Sequence record: MK433578.1
DNA length: 33,839 nucleotides
Direction: 5' to 3' (one strand)
Origin: Klebsiella phage ST15-OXA48phi14.1
Every line of letters begins with the position of its first letter. Position 1 is the first letter of the stretch. Shown here one piece after another: positions 1 to 9,137 of this stretch. The position numbers and the translations under genes are program-made. Under the pieces are notes generated by a model. The model made no database searches, was not told where the DNA came from, and was given only the letters and a program-made list of their open reading frames with translations.

Positions 1-277
1 ATATGAATTTTTCGATGGTTTTATCAAATTTCGTCTTTCCACTAGTAGATGTTATCTGTACACAACGTTTGCTTTTTATATCACCAAGATCTATTGCTGG
101 GTAGTTATATTTAAATTTATTAAGGTTGATGAGGTTAGCTTTATATACAACATTAAGGATAGGGAGTAAGTATTCTTCCATTTCCTTATTGATATCAGTG
201 AGCCCCCTGCTGTTTTGAGAAGTTATATAACTGGTTAAAACTGAAAAGTCATGCTCTAATTCGTTTATTAGCTGCAT
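1..277 (-). CDS. Partial ORF (N-terminal 92 codons; continues past the left edge), hypothetical protein, AT-rich
   Basis: Minus-strand ATG at 277..275 followed by an open frame with no stop down to position 2 (MQLINELEHDFSVLTSYITSQNSRGLTDINKEMEEYLLPILNVVYKANL...). It lies directly downstream of int on the same strand. Base composition is markedly more AT-rich than the phage core. Confidence 0.4.
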   Translation of the reverse strand, partial: MQLINELEHDFSVLTSYITSQNSRGLTDINKEMEEYLLPILNVVYKANLINLNKFKYNYPAIDLGDIKSKRCVQITSTSGKTKFDKTIEKFI

Positions 278-297
278 TTTTATTAACATAAATACCT

Positions 298-1311
298 TCA
301 GATGTTATTTAATGGATTTTTAGTTACAGCGTCTTCAAGATGTTCTGGTGCAAAGTGCGCATAAATCATCGTCATTTTTATATCGGCATGACCCAGAATA
401 TCGCGCAAAACCAGTATGTTTCCGCCGTTCATCATAAAGTGGCTGGCGAAGGTATGGCGAAGCACGTGGGTGCATTGCCCCTCTGGTAAGTCGATACCAG
501 CGCGTTTAACTGCGCGCTCAAAGGCTTTTCTGCATGGCGTGAACAGCTTCCCTCTGTTTTTGGGGAGTTCGTCATACAGATCCTGAGATATCGGTACTGT
601 TCGGTTTTTCTTGCCTTTGGTTTTGGTATAGGTGATCCGGAATTTTGATAACTGATGTCCCTGCAGGTTTTCGGCTTCACTCCACCGTGCACCGGTGGCG
701 AGGCATATTTTTGCAATCATCAGCAAGCTAGGGTTTTGAGAGTCAGCGCAGGCATCAAGTAAGCGTTTAATTTCGTCCGGGGCCAAGAACGCCAGTTCTC
801 CCTCTGCTATTTTGAATGTTGGTAACCCGGCGAGCGGGTTAGGCGCTGACCAGTGGCCCAGCTTTTTCAGAGTGCCAAAAACTGATGATAAGTTACGCTG
901 TTCCAGGTTTACCGTGCGGGGCTTTACTGGCGACATCAGCCCGCCGTCTTCGTTACGTAATTCACCTTTTAATCGTGCTTCGCGATATCTTGTAAAGTCT
1001 CCGGCGGTTAACTCAGAGGCGACGGGATCGCCCAGGCCATGGCAGATAATATTCAGTTTCGCCATTAGGCGCTTAGGGTCTGCCAGTGTCTGGCCGTAAA
1101 GGGAGTGCCACTGCTCAATCAATTCTGACAAACGCCGCCGATCTTCCTTTTCACCCAGCCATGGTTTTTTGTTCACTTCATCCATGGTGAAATTTTCGAA
1201 TGCTACAGCCTCGCCCTTTGTCGCAAATTGCTTGCGCACACGCTTCCCGTCACGTCCGTTCGGATAACATTCGCATAACCACTTTCCGTTCGGCTGCTTT
1301 CTGATCGTCAT
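298..1311 (-). CDS. int: Tyrosine integrase (P2 Int-like)
   Basis: 337-aa ORF. The N-terminus resembles P2 Int (MTIRKQPNGKW...GRDGKRVRKQFATKGEAVAFE). The C-terminus has the tyrosine-recombinase motifs (HVLRHTFASHF...LGHADIKMTMIYAHF). Confidence 0.9.
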   Translation of the reverse strand: MTIRKQPNGKWLCECYPNGRDGKRVRKQFATKGEAVAFENFTMDEVNKKPWLGEKEDRRRLSELIEQWHSLYGQTLADPKRLMAKLNIICHGLGDPVASELTAGDFTRYREARLKGELRNEDGGLMSPVKPRTVNLEQRNLSSVFGTLKKLGHWSAPNPLAGLPTFKIAEGELAFLAPDEIKRLLDACADSQNPSLLMIAKICLATGARWSEAENLQGHQLSKFRITYTKTKGKKNRTVPISQDLYDELPKNRGKLFTPCRKAFERAVKRAGIDLPEGQCTHVLRHTFASHFMMNGGNILVLRDILGHADIKMTMIYAHFAPEHLEDAVTKNPLNNI

Positions 1312-1313
1312 AA

Positions 1314-1994
1314 TTAAATGCTCTTAATGACTTTTACTGCGCGGCCAATTACCTCAACGTCGTCGACAGAGCATTCAAAAGAGGTATCATCTTGATGGAC
1401 AATAATTCTATTCCCTGGGATGCGGGCAATCTTCACGATACTTTTCATTCCATCAATATCGATAAGCCAGATTCCGTTACTGAGCTGTTTTGTAGAGGTA
1501 TCAATAACGTAATCCCCTTCAGTCGTTTTTACGTACAAACATTCTTCTGCTTTACCTGAAATCAGCCCCTGATCAAGATAAATATCCTCCAGTTCATCAA
1601 AAGTACCACCCTCTATCGTTACCTGTTTCACTGGCGGGACGACAATCTTAGAAAGGGGGCGTACTGTGTGATTGCTCTCGTTTTTGGACTTATTTTTTTC
1701 TTCTGCCTGAGGGTACATCTCGCCTTGCCCTGTTGTTAACCAGAGCAAAGAAATGCCTGTTTCAAGAGCGCATTGGATAACCCAGTCAGCAGGGAAGCTG
1801 TCGCGTAACATCCTGTTTGCCATAGTGCTTTTAGAAGCTTGAAGGTGCTCAACTAAAGCAATCTGAGTATTGAAACCGTAGGCAGTCATTAGTCTTTTGA
1901 TAGCTTCCCTTCCTCCCGTATTTGTACCGCTGTTAATCTTCAAGTTGAACTCTCCATTTGACAATCCAATATCGGGATCGTAATTTATGTCCAA
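1314..1994 (-). CDS. cI: CI-type immunity repressor (186 CI-like): N-terminal HTH, C-terminal beta-rich oligomerisation domain
   Basis: Read divergently from apl/cII. HTH-like segment QIALVEHLQASKSTMANRMLR. CALETGISLLWLTTGQGE and the C-terminal GIWLIDIDG...FECSVDDVEVIGRAVKV pattern match my recollection of 186 CI. The track start at 1994 is TTG; an in-frame ATG at 1889 would give a 191-aa product, so the start is uncertain. Confidence 0.7.
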   Translation of the reverse strand: MDINYDPDIGLSNGEFNLKINSGTNTGGREAIKRLMTAYGFNTQIALVEHLQASKSTMANRMLRDSFPADWVIQCALETGISLLWLTTGQGEMYPQAEEKNKSKNESNHTVRPLSKIVVPPVKQVTIEGGTFDELEDIYLDQGLISGKAEECLYVKTTEGDYVIDTSTKQLSNGIWLIDIDGMKSIVKIARIPGNRIIVHQDDTSFECSVDDVEVIGRAVKVIKSI

Positions 1995-2021
1995 CTTCTA
2001 AAGTGAGAGTTTGGAAGTTGG
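1991..2021. promoter_or_regulatory. 8-bp inverted repeat CCAACTTC-N15-GAAGTTGG in the cI/apl switch region; candidate operator
   Basis: Perfect inverted repeat seen directly, at 1991-1998 and 2014-2021, lying between the cI start and the apl start. Confidence 0.3.
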
Positions 2022-2065
2022 GGTTGAACATCATAAAACGCACTAAAACTAAGAGATACTGCACT

Positions 2066-2308
2066 ATGAGCACAGATATTTCAATTCGAGTACCAAAAGA
2101 GATGGCTACGCCTGCAGAGTTCGCGGAGTGGGAAGGTATTTCCCGTGGCTCTGTATATCAAAAAATTCATCATGGTCAGCTTGCTAAGTACATGGTTAAA
2201 AAAGAGAAAAATAAAGGTCGCGTAAGCCTGCGTTACTTAATGTACAAAACCGATCAGGTCCGTGAGTCTCTTGGTCATTCCAACTTCCGCGTCATTGTTG
2301 GTCAGTAA
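2066..2308 (+). CDS. apl: Apl/Cox-like excisionase and transcriptional regulator (small HTH protein)
   Basis: 80-aa product from the ATG at 2066 (MSTDISIRVPKEMATPAEFAEWEGISRGSVYQKIHHGQL...). RBS AAGAGA upstream. It is the first gene of the rightward early operon, divergent from cI. The track ORF start at 1958 is probably an artificial extension. Confidence 0.6.
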   Translation: MSTDISIRVPKEMATPAEFAEWEGISRGSVYQKIHHGQLAKYMVKKEKNKGRVSLRYLMYKTDQVRESLGHSNFRVIVGQ

Positions 2309-2340
2309 GTTCGATTATGAGAACTTTTTAAGGGGCTCAC

Positions 2341-2850
2341 ATGTTTGATTATAAGATTTCCAAACATCCTCACTTTGATGAAGCATGCCGCGCTTTCGCA
2401 CTGCGTCACAATATGGCGAAGCTAGCAGGGCGTGCCGGGATGAATGTTCAGACTCTGCGCAATAAGCTTAACCCGGACCAACCGCACCAACTTACCGCGC
2501 CGGAAATCTGGCTGCTTACTGATCTGACCGAGGATTCAGCGTTGGTTGATGGTTTCCTGGCGCAGATCCACTGCCTCCCGTGCGTGCCGCTAAACGAAGT
2601 CGCGCGCGAAAAGATGCCGGATTATGTTCTAAAAGCCACGGCAGAAATTGGCCGCGTGGCTGCCGGCGCTGTTTCCGGCGAAGCGCACACTACGGCAGGG
2701 CGCCGCCAGATTGTTGATAGCATCAATTCAGTTACTCGACTGATGGCATTAACCGCAGTGACGTTGCAGGCGCGCCTGCAGGCAAGCCCGGCGATGGCCA
2801 GCACCATTGATACAGTCACTGGCCTGGGTGCCTCGTTTGGTTTGATCTGA
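2341..2850 (+). CDS. cII: CII-like establishment-of-lysogeny regulator (186 CII family)
   Basis: 169 aa, MFDYKISKHPHFDEACRAFALRHNMAKLAGRAGMNVQTLRNKLNPDQPHQ... The length and the N-terminal HTH match phage 186 CII over the whole protein (from memory). Confidence 0.85.
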   Translation: MFDYKISKHPHFDEACRAFALRHNMAKLAGRAGMNVQTLRNKLNPDQPHQLTAPEIWLLTDLTEDSALVDGFLAQIHCLPCVPLNEVAREKMPDYVLKATAEIGRVAAGAVSGEAHTTAGRRQIVDSINSVTRLMALTAVTLQARLQASPAMASTIDTVTGLGASFGLI

Positions 2851-2857
2851 GGTGGCT

Positions 2858-3058
2858 ATGTTGAATAACCAACCATCAATCGCATCGCTGCTCGTTAAGC
2901 AAAGTCCATCACCGCATTTCGGGCATGGCTGGATCATGGGTAAAGATGGCAAGCGCTGGCACCCGTGCCGCTCGCAGGATGCGCTGCTGGCTGAACTGCG
3001 TACTAATAAACAGGGGAAACCATGGCTATTGAAGGCGATTCTGCGACTGTTCCACTAA
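2858..3058 (+). CDS. Small early-operon protein (position equivalent to 186 fil); hypothetical
   Basis: ATG at 2858 preceded by GAGGTGG. 66 aa. Positional inference only. Confidence 0.35.
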   Translation: MLNNQPSIASLLVKQSPSPHFGHGWIMGKDGKRWHPCRSQDALLAELRTNKQGKPWLLKAILRLFH

Positions 3059-3363
3059 GTCCGGGACATCGGCTGGATGGCCTGAATCATATTGCAGAGC
3101 TAAGGGCGAAAGTGTTCGGCTTGAATATAGAACCTGAACTGGAGCGTTTTATTAGCGATATGCGGGACCAGCGAGATATTAACCATAAACAAAATGAGCG
3201 TGCCTTAGCCGCCATATTCTTTATGGCTAAGATTCCGGCGGATCGTCATAACGTCAATATGAATGAGCTGACGACTGACGAAAAGCGGGAGCTGATAAAA
3301 GCAATGAACCATTTTCGTGCAGTGGTGAGCTTATTTCCAAAGCGGCTATCCATGCCGAATTAA
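3022..3363 (+). CDS. Hypothetical early-operon protein
   Basis: 113-aa ORF with the RBS AGGGGAAACC before the ATG. Overlaps the previous ORF, consistent with a coupled early operon. Confidence 0.45.
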   Translation: MAIEGDSATVPLSPGHRLDGLNHIAELRAKVFGLNIEPELERFISDMRDQRDINHKQNERALAAIFFMAKIPADRHNVNMNELTTDEKRELIKAMNHFRAVVSLFPKRLSMPN

Positions 3364-3430
3364 CCAGTAACAGAAATTAATGGCGTAAACCCGTCGGGCA
3401 TTCTTTTGCCAAAATTCAGGAGAAACAACA

Positions 3431-3664
3431 ATGCGAAATATCGAAACTCGTTCCAACAAAATCGGCCCGGATGATGCAGGTCTTAACCAGATACTGACAG
3501 AGGCCCGCATGGAAGAACGCCGCGCACGTGCTGCGGCAATGGCTGCCCGTCTTGATAGCCTGGCGTGTCACATTACATCGCGCCAGCTTAATTACGTTGA
3601 GGCGGCGGAGCTGCTGCGCGTTGCTGCGGAAAACATCCAGAACGAAGCGCAGGAGATCCACTGA
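3431..3664 (+). CDS. Hypothetical early-operon protein
   Basis: 77-aa ORF. AGGAGAAACAACAATG RBS context. Its stop overlaps the next start (TGATG). Confidence 0.5.
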   Translation: MRNIETRSNKIGPDDAGLNQILTEARMEERRARAAAMAARLDSLACHITSRQLNYVEAAELLRVAAENIQNEAQEIH

Positions 3665-3891
3665 TGGCTGATTCTATGGACCTCGTACAGCAGCGCGTTG
3701 AAGAAGAACTCCAGCGGCACATCCACACCGCCCGCAGTAAAGCGCCGGGCGTTTCCCGTGTCTTGTGCATTGACTGCGACGCACCAATACCGCCTGCCCG
3801 CCGCCGCGCTATTCCTGGCGTGCAGTGCTGCATCACCTGTCAGGAAATCGCAGAGCTGAAAGGCAAACATTACAATGGGGGGGCTGTATGA
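3664..3891 (+). CDS. TraR/DksA-family C4 zinc-finger protein
   Basis: 75 aa with CIDCDAPIPPARRRAIPGVQCCITCQ, the four-cysteine TraR/DksA signature. Translationally coupled on both sides. Confidence 0.7.
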   Translation: MADSMDLVQQRVEEELQRHIHTARSKAPGVSRVLCIDCDAPIPPARRRAIPGVQCCITCQEIAELKGKHYNGGAV

Positions 3892-4745
3892 GCACCATCC
3901 TAAAATGGGCGGGCAATAAAACCGCCGTCATGCATGAGCTGAAAAAGCACCTGCCTGCAGGCCCGCGACTGGTTGAACCTTTCGCGGGTTCCTGCGCTGT
4001 GATGATGGCGACAGAGTATCCTCATTATCTTGTTGCTGATGTGAATCCTGATTTAATTAATCTATACAGTGTCATTAAAGACGACGCTGACCATTTGATA
4101 TCTATAGCTAAAGACCTATTTGCTAAAAATAATTCAGCAGAATGCTATTACGATATTCGAAAAGAGTTTAATCATGGTCGTGATTGGCCCGCTGTTTGCC
4201 ACTCAGCTATGTTTATTTTTCTTAATCGTCATGGTTACCGTGGCTTATGTCGTTATAACCTTAAAGGTCATTTCAACGTCCCATACGGTAATTACAAAGC
4301 ACCTTATTTCCCGGAAAGCGAAATCAGAGCATTTGCCGAAAAGGCAAAGCGTGCCACCTTCATTTGCGCCAGCTATGAGGAAACATTGGCAATGCTGGAG
4401 TCGGGGGATGTTATCTACTGCGATCCTCCGTATGACGGTACATTTTCCACTTACCACACTGACGGATTTACCGAGGATGATCAGTATCATCTGGCGTCTA
4501 TCCTTGAGCGTCGGGCATCAGAAGGCCATTCGGTCATTGTTTCGAACAGCGACACTTCTCTGACTCGTTCCCTGTATCGAAATTTCACTCATGACCGCAT
4601 TAACGTAAAGCGCAGCATCGGCGTTGCTGCGGGCGAAGGAAAAAGTGCTGACGAACTTATTGCTGTACTGAAGCCGGGAGTATGGGCTGGCTTTGATCTA
4701 GCTGGCGGACCTGATTGCTCTGTCGTGCATGAGGTGCGCGCGTGA
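3888..4745 (+). CDS. dam: DNA adenine methyltransferase (Dam-like, orphan N6-adenine MTase)
   Basis: [18 protein letters not shown]...PFAGSCAV (SAM-binding motif I) and the catalytic DPPY motif ([15 protein letters not shown]). The start at 3888 overlaps the upstream stop. The track start at 3825 is an extension. Confidence 0.85.
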   Translation: MSTILKWAGNKTAVMHELKKHLPAGPRLVEPFAGSCAVMMATEYPHYLVADVNPDLINLYSVIKDDADHLISIAKDLFAKNNSAECYYDIRKEFNHGRDWPAVCHSAMFIFLNRHGYRGLCRYNLKGHFNVPYGNYKAPYFPESEIRAFAEKAKRATFICASYEETLAMLESGDVIYCDPPYDGTFSTYHTDGFTEDDQYHLASILERRASEGHSVIVSNSDTSLTRSLYRNFTHDRINVKRSIGVAAGEGKSADELIAVLKPGVWAGFDLAGGPDCSVVHEVRA

Positions 4746-7156
4746 GTCATCACGAAGTTGAAAAGCACGGCGGAGCAGAAGATTCCGCCGCTGCTTTTGC
4801 CTGGAATATACCTAAAAAGGCGATTAACCCATATCTGGACCCGGCGGAAGTTGCGCCGGTGTCTGCGCTTTCAAACCTGCTCGCTCTCTACGCCAGCGAC
4901 AACGAGCAGGAGCAGCTGCGCCGTGAGGCGATGAGCGATGAGGTCTGGGAACGCTATTTCTACAATAAAGCCCGTGATCCTGTTCAGCGTGAAATGGAGC
5001 AGGACCGGCTGATTAGCCATGCCAAAATGGCACGCGAGCAGCAGCGTTTTAATCCCGATCTGGTCATTCTGGCTGACGTTAACGCCATGCCGTCCCATAT
5101 CAGCAAGCCTCTGCTGGAGCGGATTAGATATTTCCATAGTCTGGGCAGAGCAAAAGCCTATTCCCGCTACCTGCGTGAAACCATCAGGCCGTGCCTCGAA
5201 CGCCTGGAGCGCGTGCGTGCAAGCCAGGTTTCTGCGTCATTCCGCTTTATGGCGAGCCACGACGGGCTGGAGGGCCTGCTGGTTCTGCCGGAAATGAACC
5301 AGGATCAGGTTAAGCGGTTATCTACCTTGGTGGCGGCACACATGAGCATGTGTCTGGATGCTGCCTGCGGTGAGCTGTTTGCGGATGAAGACGTTACGCC
5401 GGAAGAGATCCGCCGGTCATGGGAAAGGGTGGCCGCTGAGGCCATGTGCCTTGATGTTATCCCGCCTGCTTTCGAGCAGCTGCGCCGTAAAAAGCACCGC
5501 CGTAACCCGGTCCCGTACGAACTTATTCCGGGTTCGCTTGCCCGTATGCTCTGTGCTGACTGGTGGTATCGCAAGCTGTGGCAGATGCGGTGTGAATGGC
5601 GAGAAGAACAGCTGCGCGCCGTCTGCCTGGTTAACAAAAAGGCGTCTCCGTATGTCAGCTATGAGGCCGTGATCCATAAACGCGAACAGCGCCGCAAATC
5701 GCTGGAGTTCTTCCGCTCGCATGAACTGACCAATGAGCAGGGCGATACGCTGGATATGGAAGACGTGGTAAACGCCAGCAGCAGCAATCCGGCACACCGG
5801 CGCAACGAAATGATGGCCTGCGTTAAAGGGCTGGAGCTGATCGCAGAAATGCGTGGTGAATGCGCCGTGTTCTATACCATCACCTGTCCGTCACGCTTTC
5901 ACGCAACGCTCAATAACGGCAGGCCAAACCCTAAATGGACCAGTGCCACGGTCCGGCAGAGCAGCGATTATCTGGTGAATATGTTCGCCGCCTTCCGTAA
6001 GGCGATGCACAAAGCCGGGCTGCGCTGGTATGGCGTCCGCGTTGCTGAGCCACACCATGACGGCACCGTGCACTGGCACCTGCTGTGCTTCATGCGCAAA
6101 AAAGACCGCAAGTCCATCACTGCGCTGCTGCGTAAATTTGCCATCCGTGAGGACCGCGAGGAGCTGGGAAATAATACCGGCCCGCGCTTTAAATCTGAGC
6201 TGATCAACCCGCTCAAGGGGACGCCTACCAGCTACATCGCGAAGTACATCAGTAAGAACATCGACGGGCGTGGCCTTGCTAACGAAATCAGCAAAGAAAC
6301 CGGCAGATCACTGCGGGACAATGCCGAACATGTCAATGCCTGGGCTTCGCTGCATCGCGTCCAGCAATTCCGCTTTTTCGGTATTCCGGGGCGTCAGGCA
6401 TACCGCGAGCTGCGTTTGCTGGCAGGCCAGGCCGCGCGACAGCAGGCCGATAAAAAAGCCGGTGCGCCGGTACTGGATAACCCGCGTCTGGATGCCGTGC
6501 TGGCGGCAGCCGATGCCGGGTGTTTTGCCACCTACATCATGAAACAGGGCGGCGTACTGGTTCCGCGTAAACATCACCTGGTCCGCACGGCTTATGAACT
6601 CAATGACGAGCCATCAGCCTATGGCGATCACGGCATCCGTATTTATGGCATCTGGTCCCCGATTATTGAGGGCCGGATTTGCACGCATGCGATGAAGTGG
6701 AAAATGGTTCGTAAGGCCGTTGACGTTCAGGAGGCGCCAGCCGACCAGGGCGCTTGCGCCCCTTGGACTCGTGGCAATAACTGTCCCCTTGCTGAAAATT
6801 TGAACCAACAAGGGAAAGACAAATCAGCTGATGGGGATACCAGAACGGAGATCACCCGCATGGATGACAAGGAGTTGCACGATTACCTGCACAGTATGAG
6901 CAAAAAAGAGCGCTGGGAACTGGCAGCAAGGTTACGCCTGGTGAAACCGAAACGGCGTAAAGACTACAAACAGCGAATTACAGAGCATCAGCGTCAGCAG
7001 CTCGTCTATGAACTGAAGTCCAGAGGATTTGATGGCAGCGAGAAAGAGGTCGATCTGCTCCTTCGCGGTGGCAGTATTCCGTCAGGAGCAGGCCTGCGTA
7101 TCTTCTATCGGAACCAGCGTTTGCAGGAAGATGATAAGTGGCGGAACCTGTATTAA
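4742..7156 (+). CDS. A: Rolling-circle replication initiator (P2 gpA family)
   Basis: 804 aa. HUH-type motif [10 protein letters not shown]. Same position and size as P2/186 A. GTG start overlapping the dam stop. Confidence 0.85.
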   Translation: MSHHEVEKHGGAEDSAAAFAWNIPKKAINPYLDPAEVAPVSALSNLLALYASDNEQEQLRREAMSDEVWERYFYNKARDPVQREMEQDRLISHAKMAREQQRFNPDLVILADVNAMPSHISKPLLERIRYFHSLGRAKAYSRYLRETIRPCLERLERVRASQVSASFRFMASHDGLEGLLVLPEMNQDQVKRLSTLVAAHMSMCLDAACGELFADEDVTPEEIRRSWERVAAEAMCLDVIPPAFEQLRRKKHRRNPVPYELIPGSLARMLCADWWYRKLWQMRCEWREEQLRAVCLVNKKASPYVSYEAVIHKREQRRKSLEFFRSHELTNEQGDTLDMEDVVNASSSNPAHRRNEMMACVKGLELIAEMRGECAVFYTITCPSRFHATLNNGRPNPKWTSATVRQSSDYLVNMFAAFRKAMHKAGLRWYGVRVAEPHHDGTVHWHLLCFMRKKDRKSITALLRKFAIREDREELGNNTGPRFKSELINPLKGTPTSYIAKYISKNIDGRGLANEISKETGRSLRDNAEHVNAWASLHRVQQFRFFGIPGRQAYRELRLLAGQAARQQADKKAGAPVLDNPRLDAVLAAADAGCFATYIMKQGGVLVPRKHHLVRTAYELNDEPSAYGDHGIRIYGIWSPIIEGRICTHAMKWKMVRKAVDVQEAPADQGACAPWTRGNNCPLAENLNQQGKDKSADGDTRTEITRMDDKELHDYLHSMSKKERWELAARLRLVKPKRRKDYKQRITEHQRQQLVYELKSRGFDGSEKEVDLLLRGGSIPSGAGLRIFYRNQRLQEDDKWRNLY

Positions 7157-7250
7157 TTACGCGGGTTAACAATTCGTGCTCTTAATAATACCAGGCATAT
7201 CAGGCTGATGAACGTAAAAAAACGTTTTACATCAGTAAGATTATTATATA

Positions 7251-7266
7251 CTGTAAATATAAACAT
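7251..7266 (+). promoter_or_regulatory. Candidate LexA (SOS) box CTGT-N8-ACAT upstream of the small ORF and dinI-like gene
   Basis: CTGTAAATATAAACAT matches the CTGT-N8-ACAG consensus with one mismatch. It sits in an AT-rich promoter-like region after gene A, upstream of a DinI homolog. Confidence 0.45.
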
Positions 7267-7309
7267 TGGTTATGCATACAGTGTTGCGTGTGGTGTCATA
7301 GGAGGAAAG

Positions 7310-7498
7310 ATGCAGGACTATTTTTTGGAGTCTTTGAAGCTCCAGCGCATTGATTTTTTTCTTAGGCTTGTAGCGGCTAGTGAGTGTAGTGATGAAGAGA
7401 AGGGGCTGGCTTTGCAATGGGTTTCTGAACTGACAGATGAACTCATGGCAAAAATCAGAACCCACGAATACAACCGCTCAATGGATGTCATCAGCTGA
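7310..7498 (+). CDS. Small protein upstream of dinI-like gene; possible Tum-like SOS-induced antirepressor
   Basis: 62-aa product from the ATG at 7310 (RBS GGAGG). It lies between the candidate SOS box and the dinI-like gene, matching the tum/p95 operon position of 186. Inference by position only. Confidence 0.35.
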   Translation: MQDYFLESLKLQRIDFFLRLVAASECSDEEKGLALQWVSELTDELMAKIRTHEYNRSMDVIS

Positions 7499-7508
7499 GG
7501 TGACTTTT

Positions 7509-7742
7509 ATGCGCATTGAAATAATGATCGATAAAGAGCAGAAGATTAGCCAGTCAACCCTGGACGCCCTTGAATCCGAGCTTTACCGCAATCTGCGCCC
7601 CCTGTATCCCAAGACGGCGATCCGCATTCGCAAAGGCAGTGCCAACGGTATCGAGTTGACCGGCTTAAAACTTGATGAGGATAAGCAGCGGGTAATGGAA
7701 ATTATGCAGCAGGTCTGGGAAGACGACAGCTGGGTGCATTAG
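7509..7742 (+). CDS. dinI: DinI-family DNA-damage-inducible protein
   Basis: MRIEIMIDKEQKISQSTLDALESELYRNLRPLYPKTAIRIRKGSANGIELTGLKLDEDKQRVMEIMQQVWEDDSWV aligns along its length with E. coli DinI (MRIEVTIAKTSPLPAGAIDALAGELSRRIQ...KQRISEILQETWE), from memory. Confidence 0.8.
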   Translation: MRIEIMIDKEQKISQSTLDALESELYRNLRPLYPKTAIRIRKGSANGIELTGLKLDEDKQRVMEIMQQVWEDDSWVH

Positions 7743-8028
7743 CGAACGTTGCGGACGATAAAACTGGCTTTTACCGTCCGCAAGGTTGAACAACGAGCCG
7801 TGCGAGGCGTTAGAAATTGCCTTTGTTAGTGCCTGCTTCTCATAAGAGGCACTATATATGCTAAATGCAGTGGTTTAAGGCAGAAACATCTTGCGCGATT
7901 AGGGGCAATGAACTTAAGTTAAGTAACGCAACCAACAGTTAAAACGGTTGTCTTAGTTATAAGGAACTTGCTGTTGTGGTTGCTGGTGACGAAGTGTACA
8001 CTTCCGCGCCGTATAAGAAGGAGGGGTT

Positions 8029-8247
8029 ATGTCAAGTATCGCCGCATTGAAGCTGGGTAATCCAGTTGAACGTTTGGCACGGGTTCTGAAAGAGAACCAG
8101 GACAAGCTCAATCTGAGTAAAGATGGTTTTGTGTCCGTAGATTTGTCCAACGAAGAAGCTATAAAAGCCATCCGAGATCAGATGGATAAGCTTGAAGGCA
8201 TCAAAACGAGCACTGTTAAAGCAAAATATTATTACAGAACCCGATAA
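8029..8247 (+). CDS. Small soluble protein (72 aa), first gene of a two-gene cargo operon; unknown function
   Basis: Strong RBS AAGGAGGGG 6 nt before the ATG. No predicted TM segment. Its stop overlaps the next start (TAATG). Composition is more AT-rich than the flanking phage genes. Confidence 0.6.
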   Translation: MSSIAALKLGNPVERLARVLKENQDKLNLSKDGFVSVDLSNEEAIKAIRDQMDKLEGIKTSTVKAKYYYRTR

Positions 8248-9089
8248 TGGCAACATTACTTTTAGCAGTGATTTTGGTTAGTGGTTTTATATATGTAAAC
8301 CTATCACTTTCAACACGTTATAGATATAAGCGTTCCAATGGCTGGGACGCTTATTTTTTTGTGGCTGCATGGGGAATTGTCTTTTTCCTCGCTGGCGGCT
8401 TCCTTACCTTCGCTCTTAACATCAGCGGTGGGTTTCGCTGGTTTTCTAATGCACTGAATCTGACTCCAGACAGCTTTAACGGGATGTTATCCACCACAAC
8501 CGATAAACCGCAGCGCATCAATGAAATTAAGCAAATCGCGTGGGTTGTGATTTCAATAGTTCTCGCGGCGCTGTTCGGTTGGCTAAACAAACGCCGTACT
8601 TCAAAGGGGGATCGCCGTTGGGATGCACTGGCAAAGGCAGTGGGAAACAATGCTTTTGAATCGCTGCTCATGGAAGCATCAGCTCGCCAGTTTCCTATCA
8701 TTGCTACACTTTCATCACGCAAAATCTATGTAGGGCTGGTGACTTGCCCTGCGTTGGAAAATGGATTGTCGGAACACCTTGAAATTCTCCCCTTGCTGAG
8801 CGGATATCGTGATAAAGACGACCTAACGATAAATATCACGACAAACTATCATCAGCACTATCTTGATAGCGGTGTTATCAGTGGGATGTCGCGCCTGAAT
8901 ATCCAGGATTTCCGTGTGCTGCTCCCTAAAGACGAAGTTGAAACCATCTCGTTTTTTGATACTGAAACGTATAACAAATTTAAAGAAAACGAAGCGCGTG
9001 ACCGGAAAGACTGCCGCAAGTTGGGTGGTAAAAAGCCATCCGCACGCAGGAGAAAGACTGCTGGCGACGCAGAGCAGGGTAGTGCATGA
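8247..9089 (+). CDS. Membrane protein (about 3 N-terminal TM helices plus a cytoplasmic C-terminal domain of about 165 aa with a basic tail); unknown function
   Basis: 280 aa. Hydrophobic segments at roughly residues 3-22, 35-59 and 97-113. C-terminal KLGGKKPSARRRK tail. Translationally coupled to the 72-aa ORF. Confidence 0.6.
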   Translation: MATLLLAVILVSGFIYVNLSLSTRYRYKRSNGWDAYFFVAAWGIVFFLAGGFLTFALNISGGFRWFSNALNLTPDSFNGMLSTTTDKPQRINEIKQIAWVVISIVLAALFGWLNKRRTSKGDRRWDALAKAVGNNAFESLLMEASARQFPIIATLSSRKIYVGLVTCPALENGLSEHLEILPLLSGYRDKDDLTINITTNYHQHYLDSGVISGMSRLNIQDFRVLLPKDEVETISFFDTETYNKFKENEARDRKDCRKLGGKKPSARRRKTAGDAEQGSA

Positions 9090-9137
9090 CTATGCTGCAT
9101 GAATTTGCATGATCGTTTGAGGATCGTTTTAGCTCCG

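Noticed and set aside
1314-1994. CI as a LexA-like S24 autocleavable repressor
   Set aside because: The C-terminal domain is beta-rich, but I cannot find the Ser-Lys dyad or an Ala-Gly cleavage-site context. 186-type CI repressors are not RecA-cleaved. Antirepressor-based induction fits the downstream SOS-box/DinI module better.
1958-2065. N-terminal extensions proposed by the ORF track for apl (1958), dam (3825), L (16286), J (20278) and I (21407)
   Set aside because: In each case an internal start with a proper Shine-Dalgarno site gives a product whose N-terminus and length match the P2-family homolog. The extensions overlap upstream genes or use TTG/GTG without an RBS.
4120-4563. 147-aa alternative-frame ORF within dam
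   Set aside because: Same strand but out of frame with a complete, motif-bearing Dam methylase, and hydrophobic low-complexity. Likely spurious.
7800-7830. Alternative cos candidate GCGAGGCGTTAGAAATTGC in the A-to-cargo spacer
   Set aside because: Matches only 8 consecutive positions of the P2 cohesive end and lacks the GGGGAAAG core. The 9207 site has a 13-nt exact 5' match to the 186 end.
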